DNA of 64,000 nt from Candidatus Woesearchaeota archaeon (GCA_016180135.1 JACPBV010000004.1:26868-90867), one strand, 5' to 3'. Shown: positions 33,873 to 43,184, numbered from the stretch's first letter. A program made the numbers and translations. The notes: generated by a model from the letters alone, not told the origin.

Positions 33873-34274
33873 CTAACTGTGATGGTTGCTCTTCTCTGGG
33901 CTTTCCGCAGATTTTTCCCTTCTCGACAGGGCAAACGCCCCGATGCCTATTCCCAAGATCGGCAGCAGCCATGCCTGGTAAATTGCTGCCATCCCAATAA
34001 TCCTGAGATTATAGCCAATCACGCCAAAAAAAGCCATGCCTAAGATAGTTCCCATCACAAAACGCTCCAGGAAAGGCATTTCCTTCCGGAAAAGATACAG
34101 CAGAAAAAATCCCGGAATAACGAAAAGCCAGAAAAGCGACAAGCTCATCTTAAAGATGACAAAAAAACTTCCCCTGTAAAAAACAGCTTGAAGGAGGATA
34201 GCAGCTGCTGCAAACCCTAATCCTATCTTCTTCCCGTCTTCCTTAAGCTGTTGCAGCATTGCCAAAGCAGTCAA
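33873..34274 (-). CDS. small 4-TM membrane protein paired with the upstream GT-C-like gene
   Basis: It overlaps the 3-prime end of 34243-36009. ...VIPGFFLLYLFRKEMPFLERFVMGTILGMAFFGVIGY... is similar to the 32306-32620 product and to the N-terminus of the 4271 ORF. Confidence 0.45.
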   Translation of the reverse strand: MTALAMLQQLKEDGKKIGLGFAAAAILLQAVFYRGSFFVIFKMSLSLFWLFVIPGFFLLYLFRKEMPFLERFVMGTILGMAFFGVIGYNLRIIGMAAIYQAWLLPILGIGIGAFALSRREKSAESPEKSNHHS

Positions 34275-36009
34275 CTCCCGGTTTTGTATTCTCTACGATA
34301 GACACAAGCGGATTGGAATAAACCTCCTTTAACCACTCATTTTTCAGCAGCATGTCCCTGATTGCCAGATTATACTGGGCAAGCGCAGGCTGTGAGGCTG
34401 CCTTGTCGAAATAATAATATTCCGCAGCGCATAAATCTTTGAGCTGCTCTTCCTGAGGCACAGGATTATAGGGCTGATATTCCGCCAGGCAGGAATAAGA
34501 ATTGTTCTTCGGCTTGAGATTAAAGTCAAAATAACAGAAGGAAAAAAAGCCGTTCGGATGGAGATACACTGGATACCCGTCAACAAGGTTGAACTCATAG
34601 GCTCTCCTTAATTCCTTCGACTGAAGCGCCTGGATGTAAGGCTTCACCCTGATGTTGAACGCAACCCTCTCAGAGTTATAGAGCGGCGCATTATGGGTCA
34701 GCGCATCAGAGTAAAAATAATGGACAGCAGATTCTTTAGGGATGTTTTTTGATATCCACTGCAGCCCTTCCCAGTCGTAAGCGTTCATGATCCCCTGCCC
34801 GACGTTGGTGTTCCCGAATACAGACTGCCCAAAAATTCCGATGAGGATGATAGAGGCGATGAACACTATCGGCGATGGGGTTTTTTTCAGCAATAATCCT
34901 ATTGTGCTATAGGCGGCAAATCCAAAAAAGAACGACAGGTAAATGAACCAGAATAACCGGTGCGCATACGCCCTCTTCCCGAAGCCCAGCAGGATGAGAT
35001 AGCCTAAAAGAAAGCAGAACAGCGAGATGAGCGGCGCAAGGATATGCTCTTTTTTGGACAGGAGGAAAAACACAATCCCTGCCAGCGCAATGATCCCGAA
35101 GATGCCGAGGTTGATGAGGTTAAATTCAGGATACCCTCCTGCCCACTGCGCAGGATCCCAGGTGCTTCTGAACCCCTCAGAGAGGAGGAATGATTTGGAA
35201 AATACCATGAGAGAATAAAAGCTGAGGATGCCGGTAAGCAAAGCCAGCAGGATAATTTTTTTAAAAAGCCCCGATTCAATGTTCTTTGCCTTCCAGACAT
35301 GAAATCCTATCATTCCGGCAAAAAACAATCCTGCCCAGGTGAATTCCGGCTGGTGCACTAATGCAGTAGCAGAAAAAAACAGCGCAAGAGGCGCCACAGA
35401 GCGTTCCTCATGAAACTTGGCCATCGCCCAAAAAGCAGCCAGCATCGTCATAATTCCCGCTAACAGCAGCCAATATCCCCAGAAGATGAGCGGGGTGAGC
35501 TTAGCGGACAGCATCAGCAGTCCTGCAGGCAGCGCAAGCATCGCGATCTTTTTGCTCGACCGCCTCCAGATGAAATATGCTGCAAGGATCGCAAGGAGGA
35601 AAGACAGCACCGCTAGAAAAGGCAGCGCATCAAAAACCTCAATTCCTGCAGCTATGCTGAGTGTCGCAGCGAGGTGATACAGCAATGGCGGATGGGTGTC
35701 TAACACTCCCTCATAGCCCCCGATAGACCATGGAGCTGCCCATTTCACCCCGCCTGTTTCCTTTGCATATTGCGTCATCGCCTGGTGGAAAAATGCATCG
35801 GACGCAAGATACGATGTTGGAAACTCATGCTCAATCTTATGCTGCCATGGCTGCCCTAAAGCGATAAAGAGGAACACGATTGAAAAAATGACTATCAGCC
35901 CGGCCTCAAAATCAAAGAGTCTTTTTTTCTTTGGCTGCAGAAGATTGAGGGAAGATGGCGTAGGCAGTACATCGGGCGTATGAAGATTATGCTGGTGCTC
36001 TTCCTCCAT
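34243..36009 (-). CDS. polytopic membrane protein, GT-C-like (putative glycosyltransferase)
   Basis: 588 aa with more than 10 TM segments. First-loop motif: YLASDAFFHQAMTQY. A TATA-like ggtatataaacc lies at 36031-36042, upstream on the minus strand. Confidence 0.5.
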   Translation of the reverse strand: MEEEHQHNLHTPDVLPTPSSLNLLQPKKKRLFDFEAGLIVIFSIVFLFIALGQPWQHKIEHEFPTSYLASDAFFHQAMTQYAKETGGVKWAAPWSIGGYEGVLDTHPPLLYHLAATLSIAAGIEVFDALPFLAVLSFLLAILAAYFIWRRSSKKIAMLALPAGLLMLSAKLTPLIFWGYWLLLAGIMTMLAAFWAMAKFHEERSVAPLALFFSATALVHQPEFTWAGLFFAGMIGFHVWKAKNIESGLFKKIILLALLTGILSFYSLMVFSKSFLLSEGFRSTWDPAQWAGGYPEFNLINLGIFGIIALAGIVFFLLSKKEHILAPLISLFCFLLGYLILLGFGKRAYAHRLFWFIYLSFFFGFAAYSTIGLLLKKTPSPIVFIASIILIGIFGQSVFGNTNVGQGIMNAYDWEGLQWISKNIPKESAVHYFYSDALTHNAPLYNSERVAFNIRVKPYIQALQSKELRRAYEFNLVDGYPVYLHPNGFFSFCYFDFNLKPKNNSYSCLAEYQPYNPVPQEEQLKDLCAAEYYYFDKAASQPALAQYNLAIRDMLLKNEWLKEVYSNPLVSIVENTKPGVDCFGNAATA

Positions 36010-36154
36010 ATGTTCCAGAAAAATTCGTCGGTATATAAACCATTCGCTAAATTCTTTTCCTTTCTTCCCTCGATAAAGGTGGGCATATTATCTTTGCACA
36101 CCCTACAGCCCTATCCGCACTAACAGCACAACATCTCTAACCGCACTAACGGCC

Positions 36155-36919
36155 CTAAACATACTCCCCGCCATCGGCAGGCAGGTCATAATGGGTGATC
36201 ACAGCAAAAGCCAAAAATCGCCCGAATTTATAGGAGAATCCTGAAGTAGTTATTTTTCCAACCTCTGCGCCGTTGATTGTCACCCTCTCAGGAATCTTGG
36301 TATAAGCTATTCTCACCAGCTTTCTGGCCGGCCTGCCAAGATTCCTCACCCTTGCCATCACTTCCTGGCCGGGATAGCATCCCTTTGAAAAAGAGGCCTC
36401 ATCCTCCCGGGCAATCTCAAGGAACATCTGCTGGTCAAAATCAATGCCCTGAACCGCCATATTGTTCTCAAGCCGAAGCGCAGTATATACTCCCTCAGAA
36501 ATTTCCTTGATCCCCTGGATGATTGAGAGCCTGTCGGTAAGCGCAAGATACCCGAGAGGCTGGGGAATCCTCAGGGTTCCGGCAGCATGGTTCCCAAAGA
36601 TGTGCAGCACCCTCAGCGGCATCTCCTCAATGGCGACTTTTGCAAGCTTCGCATATTTCTCAGCCGATTCCAAAAACCTCCCTTTGAACCTGTCTTCAAA
36701 AGCCAAATAAACTTCATCACCGGTAACCAACTGATCAAAAAGAACTGTTAGTTTTCCAAAACGGTCAAGCAGTGCATTTTTTGTCTTATCAAGCGTATTG
36801 CAGGATATCCTCTCAAGAAGCTGCTTCCCGCCCTTGCCAAACCTAAACACCGCTTTGGCCAGAGGCTTATAGCCTCCGGTGATCATTGCGCTGGTGTATT
36901 CTTCGAGGATAGAGTCCAT
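36155..36919 (-). CDS. ygfZ: YgfZ/IBA57-family folate-binding protein (GcvT-like)
   Basis: The family signature KGCYPGQEVMARV is present, and the length is about 250 aa. Confidence 0.8.
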   Translation of the reverse strand: MDSILEEYTSAMITGGYKPLAKAVFRFGKGGKQLLERISCNTLDKTKNALLDRFGKLTVLFDQLVTGDEVYLAFEDRFKGRFLESAEKYAKLAKVAIEEMPLRVLHIFGNHAAGTLRIPQPLGYLALTDRLSIIQGIKEISEGVYTALRLENNMAVQGIDFDQQMFLEIAREDEASFSKGCYPGQEVMARVRNLGRPARKLVRIAYTKIPERVTINGAEVGKITTSGFSYKFGRFLAFAVITHYDLPADGGEYV

Positions 36920-36949
36920 AAGTCTTGAAAAGTGCTCAGCATTAAAAGC

Positions 36950-37702
36950 TTACCCAAAAGAATGTCCGCATCCGCAGCTTGTCTTGGCATTGGGGTTTGA
37001 TATCTTGAAGCCGGAAGCCTGCAGGTTCTCGATGTAATCGATTTTTGCTCCTTTGAGCATATCCATGCTTGCAGCATCCACAAAGAACTTCACGCCGCCT
37101 TCCTCGATGACAAAATCATCCGCCTGATCCATATCTTCAGATTGCCCCCTATTTTCAGCTTGTCCCTTCTTCTCAGCCTGCTGCTTCTTCTCAAAAGAGA
37201 ACTCGTATTCAAAACCTGCGCATCCGCCGGGAATGACTGCAATCCTGATGCCTGATACATCATCTCCTTCCTTGCTCAAAATATCCCTTACTTTTTCAGC
37301 TGCCTCCTTGGTGACTGTCAGGGACAGACTGCCATCCCCCCCAGCTTCCCGGTTGGATGCTTCCTTCCTCGCTGCCTCAACTGCCTCATTTAACTTTTCC
37401 ACAACAGCATCCGCATCTTCAGCGCTTCTCCCGTGCCCCATCAGCCCTTGCTCTATCGTCTCAAAATAGGATGCGCCGCAGCCGATGCAATGCACCCCTT
37501 CAGCAAGCAGAGGCTCAATCGCTTCAGGGTAAGACTGGACTAAATCCCCGATAAGCATATCTTTGGTGATTTTATTAATAACTTCGGCTGATTTGTGTTC
37601 ATTTCCCATCTGCTCGGTTTTCTCTTCCATCTGTTGAGTTTTCTGTCCCGCCTGCTGGGCCTGAGAGCGTTCCATGCTTCCTCCGATGCAGTTAGCAATC
37701 AA
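36950..37702 (-). CDS. fusion protein: DUF1858 (redox-disulfide, hybrid-cluster-protein-associated) domain + IscA/HesB A-type Fe-S carrier
   Basis: The N-terminal half ITKDMLIGDLVQSYPEAIEPLLAEGVHCIGCG is DUF1858-like. The C-terminal half ...GIRIAVIPGGCAGFEYEFSFEK...NPNAKTSCGCGHSF has the three A-type carrier Cys residues. Confidence 0.8.
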   Translation of the reverse strand: MIANCIGGSMERSQAQQAGQKTQQMEEKTEQMGNEHKSAEVINKITKDMLIGDLVQSYPEAIEPLLAEGVHCIGCGASYFETIEQGLMGHGRSAEDADAVVEKLNEAVEAARKEASNREAGGDGSLSLTVTKEAAEKVRDILSKEGDDVSGIRIAVIPGGCAGFEYEFSFEKKQQAEKKGQAENRGQSEDMDQADDFVIEEGGVKFFVDAASMDMLKGAKIDYIENLQASGFKISNPNAKTSCGCGHSFG

Positions 37703-37734
37703 TAAACAATTCTTAACAATAGTTAAATCAGGAA

Positions 37735-37746
37735 CCTATAAAAAGG
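37735..37746. promoter_or_regulatory. TATA-like box (cctataaaaagg) between divergent genes
   Basis: It lies 24-31 nt upstream of the ATG at 37768 (plus strand). On the minus strand tttttata lies 33-40 nt upstream of the ATG at 37702. Confidence 0.4.
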
Positions 37747-37767
37747 TTTCTTAAAATCAATCTTAAA

Positions 37768-38166
37768 ATGATAGGATTTGTCAACAACAACCGCTGCTTT
37801 GCCTGCGGCAAAGAGAACCCTGTCGGATTAAAGCTGGACTTCAGGCTAGAAAACGGCCAATACAAAGCAGCCTTTACTCCAAAGCCGGAGCATCAGGGAT
37901 ATAAAGGCATTGTGCATGGGGGTATTGTCGCCACAGTCCTGGACGAAGCGATGGGAAGGCTGATGTTTGAACTTAACAAGAATGCGGTGACCGGCTCTTT
38001 CTCCGTAAGGCTCAACAGGCCGGCGCTGACGGGAAAAACTTATACTGCCGTCGGAGAGATTGTAGCGGAGCAGGAGAGGAAGATACTCACAAAATCAAGG
38101 CTGGTTGATGATGCAGGGGTTGTTGTGGCGGAAGCTGAGGGAGTGATGGTAAAATTGAAGCAATAG
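37768..38166 (+). CDS. PaaI-family hotdog-fold thioesterase
   Basis: CFACGKENPVGLKL...HQGYKGIVHGGIVATVLDEAMG is the PaaI/4HBT-type motif. Confidence 0.8.
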   Translation: MIGFVNNNRCFACGKENPVGLKLDFRLENGQYKAAFTPKPEHQGYKGIVHGGIVATVLDEAMGRLMFELNKNAVTGSFSVRLNRPALTGKTYTAVGEIVAEQERKILTKSRLVDDAGVVVAEAEGVMVKLKQ

Positions 38167-38207
38167 AAATCACCTCCCGATAACCTTCACCCCATGAAAA
38201 CCGTCAG

Positions 38208-38218
38208 ATTTAAATATA
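38208..38218 (+). promoter_or_regulatory. TATA-like box (atttaaatata) 21-31 nt upstream of the ArsR-family gene
   Basis: Position and composition. Confidence 0.45.
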
Positions 38219-38258
38219 AGATATGATCTTCTAATCATATGATTTGCAATTCATATGA
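38219..38258. promoter_or_regulatory. candidate operator: repeated tcatatga palindromes over the transcription and translation start of the ArsR-family gene
   Basis: Perfect 8-bp palindromes tcatatga at 38235-38242 and 38251-38258, plus a partial copy atatgatc at 38221-38228. They lie between the TATA box and the first codons. Confidence 0.3.
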
Positions 38259-38562
38259 GCGCTTTTTTAAGACGCTGGCAGAGCCGGCAAAGCTGGAGAT
38301 CATCAACCTGCTGAGCAAAGGGCCGTTGAATGTCTCGCAGCTCTCCAAAAAGCTCAACTTTGAGCAGTCGAGAGCATCCCATAATCTCAAGGCGCTTGCT
38401 GACCGGCATTTTGTCCTTGTCGAAAGGAAAGGAAAAGAACGTTATTATTCGCTCGATAAAACCATCATCGCCCCTATCCTCAGGCTCATCGATGCCCACG
38501 TCGAAAAGTATGAGAAGCATTACTGCAAATGCAAAGGCATACCCTGGAGGAAAAAGGAGTAG
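38239..38562 (+). CDS. ArsR/SmtB-family metal-responsive transcriptional regulator
   Basis: FKTLAEPAKLEIINLLSKGPLNVSQLSKKLNFEQSRASHNLKALADRHFVLVERKGKERYYSL is a winged HTH. A C-terminal Cys pair (YCKCKG) is present. Confidence 0.85.
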   Translation: MICNSYERFFKTLAEPAKLEIINLLSKGPLNVSQLSKKLNFEQSRASHNLKALADRHFVLVERKGKERYYSLDKTIIAPILRLIDAHVEKYEKHYCKCKGIPWRKKE

Positions 38563-38631
38563 GATACCCAAACAAGATACCTCAACAAGATACCCAAACA
38601 AGATACCTCAACAAGATACCCAAACAAGATA
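38563..38631 (+). repeat. 13-nt tandem array (gatacccaaacaa / gatacctcaacaa alternating, 5 units plus a partial) starting right after the ArsR stop codon
   Basis: Units read directly. The effective period is 26 nt, about 2.6 copies. Confidence 0.85.
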
Positions 38632-38722
38632 GATGAGTATGATGCACGAGTAATGCGGGAGGTAAGATAAGGTGTATCGGGGTTGCAGGACTGGAAAATA
38701 CAACTATTTTGGAGGAAAAAAC

Positions 38723-39154
38723 ATGATAAAACTTATAAAAGAAAAATTGGTTGGATGGGCTGGCAGCATTTCAAGCGCTGCAAGCATCATGGGCTCGTGG
38801 CAGATATGCCATAGCATCTGCTTAGGCCTGATCTCGCTGCTGAGCATCATCGGCATTACGGTAGCGGGGATGCCTCTGCTCTTCCTTACTGAAATCGCTG
38901 TTCCGATGTGGACGGTTGCGTTGGCAATTTTCATCATAACCCTGTGGCTCTACCTCACAAAAAAATGTATCTCTCCTAAGCTTTTGCTGCTTAATGCCGG
39001 GCTCATCATCGCAGGCACTCCTTTCCAGCAGCTCCGGCAATTCCAGATTTATTTCTGGGCAGTTGGTGGCCTGATTGCCGCCGGAGCAGTCGGCTGGTAT
39101 CTCAAAGACAGGCTTGCCGGGAAAATCCCGCACCAAAAAGGGGGGAAGAGATGA
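38723..39154 (+). CDS. small membrane protein with intramembrane CxxxC motif (putative metal-handling accessory protein)
   Basis: [15 protein letters not shown]...[16 protein letters not shown], with 4 TM segments. ggagg lies 8 nt upstream of the ATG at 38723. Its stop overlaps the copA ATG (ATGA). Confidence 0.5.
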   Translation: MIKLIKEKLVGWAGSISSAASIMGSWQICHSICLGLISLLSIIGITVAGMPLLFLTEIAVPMWTVALAIFIITLWLYLTKKCISPKLLLLNAGLIIAGTPFQQLRQFQIYFWAVGGLIAAGAVGWYLKDRLAGKIPHQKGGKR

Positions 39155-41745
39155 AACACTCAAAAAATCGGAGCATGATAAATCCTGCCAAGAGCATGTC
39201 AAGGTCCGGATCAGGTGAGCTGGCAGCGGCAGATAAATCCTCCAGAAAAATAACACTGTCAATCAGCGGGATGCACTGCGCTTCCTGCGCCGCAAATATT
39301 GAAAAAGCGCTCGGCAGGACGGAGGGGGTAAAGACTGGCACGGTGAACTTTGCGTCCGAAAAAGCCACGATTGTTTTTGACCCGGAAAAAACTGATGAGC
39401 CTAAGCTGAAAGCTGCTATCATCAAAACGGGCTACAAGGTTGTTGAGCAGGGAAATGCTCAGGAACCTAAGCAGGGTGGGCAGGGGATGGGGCAGGAAAA
39501 GGGGAATGCCGGTAGCAAAGGCGGATTCAGCGAGCTCCGGCTTAAGGTTGTTGGGATGGATAACCCTCATTGCGTCTCAACGGTTGGCGATGCCCTGAAT
39601 CTTGTCAAGGGCATCATCTCAAAAGAGCTGTCTGCCAGCCAGAATGCTGTCATCACATTTGACTCATCAAAGGCATCTCCGGATGAGATAAAAAAAGCGA
39701 TAGCCAAAGCAGGCTATGAGCCCGTCGAGCTGTCTCCTCAGCTTGCGGACAGGGAAAAGGAAGCAAGGGCAAAGGAGATCGGAAGGCTCAAGAAAGAGAT
39801 TATCTTTGGGTTTATCTTAAGCATCCCAATTTTTATCCTCTCTTTTCCGCAGTGGTTTAAAATAATGCTCCCCTATAATCACTACATTCTTTTTATCCTG
39901 ACAACGCCTGTCCAGCTGATTCTAGGAAGGCGTTTCTATACCGGCGCTTACATCGCATTGATGAATAAATCTGCTAATATGGATTCCCTTATCGCAATCG
40001 GGACTTCGGCTGCCTATGTCTACAGCTCGTTAGGGACTTTTTTCCCTTCAACATTTGGCGATGCGATGTATTATGACACTGCGGCAGTGATTATCACATT
40101 CATCCTTCTTGGCAAATACCTTGAGGCAGTCACCAAGGGAAAAGCATCGGAGGCGATCAGGAAGCTCATCGGGCTGCAGGCAAAGACTGCCGTCATCATA
40201 CGGGGCGGGAAAGAAGTGGAAATCCCCGTCGATCAGCTTCAGGTGGGAGACATTTTCCTTGTAAAGCCCGGAGAGAAGATTGCGACGGATGGGATTGTCG
40301 CTTCAGGCGCTTCTTTTGTTGACGAGTCTATGGTCACTGGCGAGAGCATTCCCGTAAAGAAAGGGATGGATGATGCTGTTATCGGATCAACCATCAACAA
40401 GCACGGGCTCCTGAAAGTCAGGGCAGCAAAAGTCGGCAATGAGACGATGCTTTCCCAGATCATCAGGCTGGTTGAGGATGCGCAGGGCTCGAAAGCCCCT
40501 ATCCAGAGGCTGGCTGACAAAGTTTCAGGGATTTTTGTGCCCGCAGTAATAGCGATAGCTGTCATCTCATTTTTGTTCTGGAACTTCATGGCGCCGCAAT
40601 GGCTTTCGTTATCCCCCACACCATTCTTGTTTTCATTGGTCATCTTCATCTCGGTCCTTATCATTGCATGCCCCTGCGCTCTCGGGCTTGCGACGCCGAC
40701 AGCCATCATGGTCGGCACAGGAAAAGGCGCTGAGCATGGCATCCTCATCAAGAATGCCGAAGCATTGGAGACTGCCCATAAGATTACAACTGTTGTTTTT
40801 GATAAGACCGGCACACTGACAAAAGGCGAGCCGTCGGTAACTGATATTATCCCATTGGGCTCAAGTCTCAACCGGCAGGAGCTTCTTTTTTATGCTGCCG
40901 TCGCAGAAAAAGGCTCTGAGCACCCGTTGGCTGAAGCGATAATGAAAAAAGCGAAATCTGAGAAACTGATTGTTCCTGATGCATCCTCCTTTTCAGCAGT
41001 CCCGGGAAAAGGCGTTATAGCAAAGCACAAAACCCATTCCCTGCTCGCAGGCAGCCCGAAATTCCTCTTGCAGAAGAAAATTTCTTTTCCTCAGGGGGCT
41101 GAAGAGCAGATTGCGAAGCTCGAAGGCGAAGGAAAGACCACCATTGCTCTTGCCGTCGATGAAAAGCCAGCCTGCCTCATTGCGGTTGCCGATACCCTGA
41201 AGGAGAGCTCGCAGGAGGCATTACGCTCCCTGAACAGCCTGGGCATTGAAACCATTATGATCACGGGAGACAACGAAAGAACTGCAAAAGCAATCGCTTC
41301 CAAGGTTGGAATCAGCAAGGTTCTCGCAGAAGTCCTCCCTCAGGACAAGGAAAAAGAGATCAAAAAGCTCCAGTCCCAGAACAATGTAGTTGCGATGGTC
41401 GGCGACGGCATCAATGATGCTCCGGCCCTTGCCCAGGCAGACGTCGGCATAGCGATAGGCGCCGGGACAGACGTTGCCATAGAGACTGGCCAGATAGTGT
41501 TGATAAAAAGCGACTTGCGTGATGTGGTCACTGCAATTAAGCTGAGCTCCTACACCATAAAAAAGATCAAGCAGAATCTCTTCTGGGCGTTTGGCTACAA
41601 CACCTTAGGGATACCGATCGCAGCCGGCATCCTGTATCCGTTTACTGGCTTCCTCCTAAATCCGATCATCGCAGGCGCTGCGATGGCATTCAGCTCCGTC
41701 TCTGTCGTCGGAAACAGCCTGCTGATGAGAAGGTGGAAAGGGTGA
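39151..41745 (+). CDS. copA: copper-translocating P1B-type ATPase
   Basis: An HMA domain ([15 protein letters not shown]) and a second, degenerate HMA domain are present. The CPC motif ([10 protein letters not shown]), DKTGTLT and [10 protein letters not shown] are all present. Confidence 0.95.
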   Translation: MKHSKNRSMINPAKSMSRSGSGELAAADKSSRKITLSISGMHCASCAANIEKALGRTEGVKTGTVNFASEKATIVFDPEKTDEPKLKAAIIKTGYKVVEQGNAQEPKQGGQGMGQEKGNAGSKGGFSELRLKVVGMDNPHCVSTVGDALNLVKGIISKELSASQNAVITFDSSKASPDEIKKAIAKAGYEPVELSPQLADREKEARAKEIGRLKKEIIFGFILSIPIFILSFPQWFKIMLPYNHYILFILTTPVQLILGRRFYTGAYIALMNKSANMDSLIAIGTSAAYVYSSLGTFFPSTFGDAMYYDTAAVIITFILLGKYLEAVTKGKASEAIRKLIGLQAKTAVIIRGGKEVEIPVDQLQVGDIFLVKPGEKIATDGIVASGASFVDESMVTGESIPVKKGMDDAVIGSTINKHGLLKVRAAKVGNETMLSQIIRLVEDAQGSKAPIQRLADKVSGIFVPAVIAIAVISFLFWNFMAPQWLSLSPTPFLFSLVIFISVLIIACPCALGLATPTAIMVGTGKGAEHGILIKNAEALETAHKITTVVFDKTGTLTKGEPSVTDIIPLGSSLNRQELLFYAAVAEKGSEHPLAEAIMKKAKSEKLIVPDASSFSAVPGKGVIAKHKTHSLLAGSPKFLLQKKISFPQGAEEQIAKLEGEGKTTIALAVDEKPACLIAVADTLKESSQEALRSLNSLGIETIMITGDNERTAKAIASKVGISKVLAEVLPQDKEKEIKKLQSQNNVVAMVGDGINDAPALAQADVGIAIGAGTDVAIETGQIVLIKSDLRDVVTAIKLSSYTIKKIKQNLFWAFGYNTLGIPIAAGILYPFTGFLLNPIIAGAAMAFSSVSVVGNSLLMRRWKG

Positions 41746-41749
41746 AGTT

Positions 41750-42157
41750 TTACTTAAAAAAACCCAAAGACCTCAAATAAAGATAAAATAGGACTATAAG
41801 GATTCCCATGAAAACCCATTTTGGGTCGATAGCAAATGCCTTTCTGTTTCTTCTAAATGCTTCTAATATTGATATTCTCTTCTCTATTTCATAAAGTCTT
41901 TTTTCTTCGTCCATTTTATCTTTTATATCCTCAATATCCTTTTTGTTTTTATTCACCTGATTAATATAAAATTTAACTTTATTTGAAATCCAAACAGAGC
42001 CATACAAAAAGCTTACATATCCTAAGATGGCTAAAAAATATATTAAGCTGTTTTGTTGGTCTTTTGCAGTTTTCGGTGGAAATATCTGTAAGATTATTGC
42101 AAATAAGGTTATTATAAACATTATTTTTTCCACGAGACCTATTTTCTCTTTTTCCAT
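41750..42157 (-). CDS. hypothetical membrane / coiled-coil protein in an AT-rich islet
   Basis: 135 aa. Two N-terminal TM segments, a charged helix (KNKKDIEDIKDKMDEEKRLYEIEKRISILE) and one C-terminal TM. I recognise no family. Confidence 0.4.
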   Translation of the reverse strand: MEKEKIGLVEKIMFIITLFAIILQIFPPKTAKDQQNSLIYFLAILGYVSFLYGSVWISNKVKFYINQVNKNKKDIEDIKDKMDEEKRLYEIEKRISILEAFRRNRKAFAIDPKWVFMGILIVLFYLYLRSLGFFK

Positions 42158-42357
42158 GTTGTTTTGAACCTATTCTGCAACAATAATAATGCCTTCTTTT
42201 TCCATCAATAATCTCAATAAACTCCTGAAGTATCTCAATCCCATTTATACCTGTGGTGTGCCTACCTAAATTAAACTCCCCATCCCCTTCTTTAAATTTC
42301 ATTAATGCCTCTTTTTATCCTTTAATTTTTCTCCTAACAAAGTCAATGGCCTTATTT

Positions 42358-43017
42358 TTATACCTCAAACCCATATTTTCCATACATCGGCGTAAACAGG
42401 AACTGCCCGAGAAATTCCAAAGCGATTGTCCCGTCTTTCCGCTTGATGCCCCTTACCATCTCCTGCTCACGTGCATCACCCACAGGGCCGAGGATGATTC
42501 CATCCGTCTTGAGCTGCCCCAAGAGTTCTTTGGGAAATTCCCTGCATGCAGCAGTGATGATGATTTTGTCAAAAGGGGCTTCAGGGGCAATTCCTTTGCT
42601 GCCATCATCCTCAAAGATCTCAACATTCCTCACACCGGTCTTCATTAGGTTCCCCCGTGCAAAATTGACCAGCTCCGGGATGACCTCGGTGCTGACAACC
42701 TTCCCCTTCGGGCCGACAATTTTTGCAAGGATTGCCGCCTGATAACCGGAGCCCGTCCCAACTTCAAACACTTTATCTCCTGCCTCCAGCTCTAATGCAT
42801 GAGTCATTATCATCACGGTTGTTGGCTGTGAGATTGTCTTTCCCCGCAGCAGCGGCAGAGGCCTGTCATCGTAGGCAAACCCCTTCATTTCAGCAGAGAT
42901 AAAATGCTCCCTCTTGACTTCAGAAAATGCCAGTATCTCCCGGGGAGAGAACTTGAAATGCTCCGTCCAAAACCGCATCAGCGTCTCTTTTTGGATTTGC
43001 ATAAGCGTATGAATCAA
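42358..43017 (-). CDS. pcm: protein-L-isoaspartate O-methyltransferase
   Basis: ISQPTTVMIMTHALELEAGDKVFEVGTGSGYQAAILAKIVG is the classic PIMT motif set. Confidence 0.9.
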   Translation of the reverse strand: MIHTLMQIQKETLMRFWTEHFKFSPREILAFSEVKREHFISAEMKGFAYDDRPLPLLRGKTISQPTTVMIMTHALELEAGDKVFEVGTGSGYQAAILAKIVGPKGKVVSTEVIPELVNFARGNLMKTGVRNVEIFEDDGSKGIAPEAPFDKIIITAACREFPKELLGQLKTDGIILGPVGDAREQEMVRGIKRKDGTIALEFLGQFLFTPMYGKYGFEV

Positions 43018-43065
43018 TCCAACTATATAAAGATTTCATTTTGGAGTATGGATTAAACTGTAAAA

Positions 43066-43184
43066 GAAAATCCCAACAACAAAGGGCTCGACGGTCAAAT
43101 TTTTCTCTGAGAAAAATTTGCCCTGCTCGGGCACCCCGATGGGGCGACCCCCGCCCTCGCCTCGCCGATGTTGTTGGGATTTTC
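43066..43184 (-). repeat. family-A structured repeat, copy A2 (119 nt, inverted orientation)
   Basis: The closing stem is gaaaatcccaacaac / gttgttgggattttc. It differs from other copies by three compensatory pairs. The inner modules are conserved in reverse complement. Confidence 0.75.

Noticed and set aside
41979-42302. 107-aa minus-strand ORF upstream of, and overlapping, 41750-42157
   Set aside because: It is out of frame with, and overlaps, the better-supported TM/coiled-coil ORF. Its composition is Arg/Asn/Lys-rich and typical of AT-rich noise. It may be a gene remnant, but that cannot be supported.
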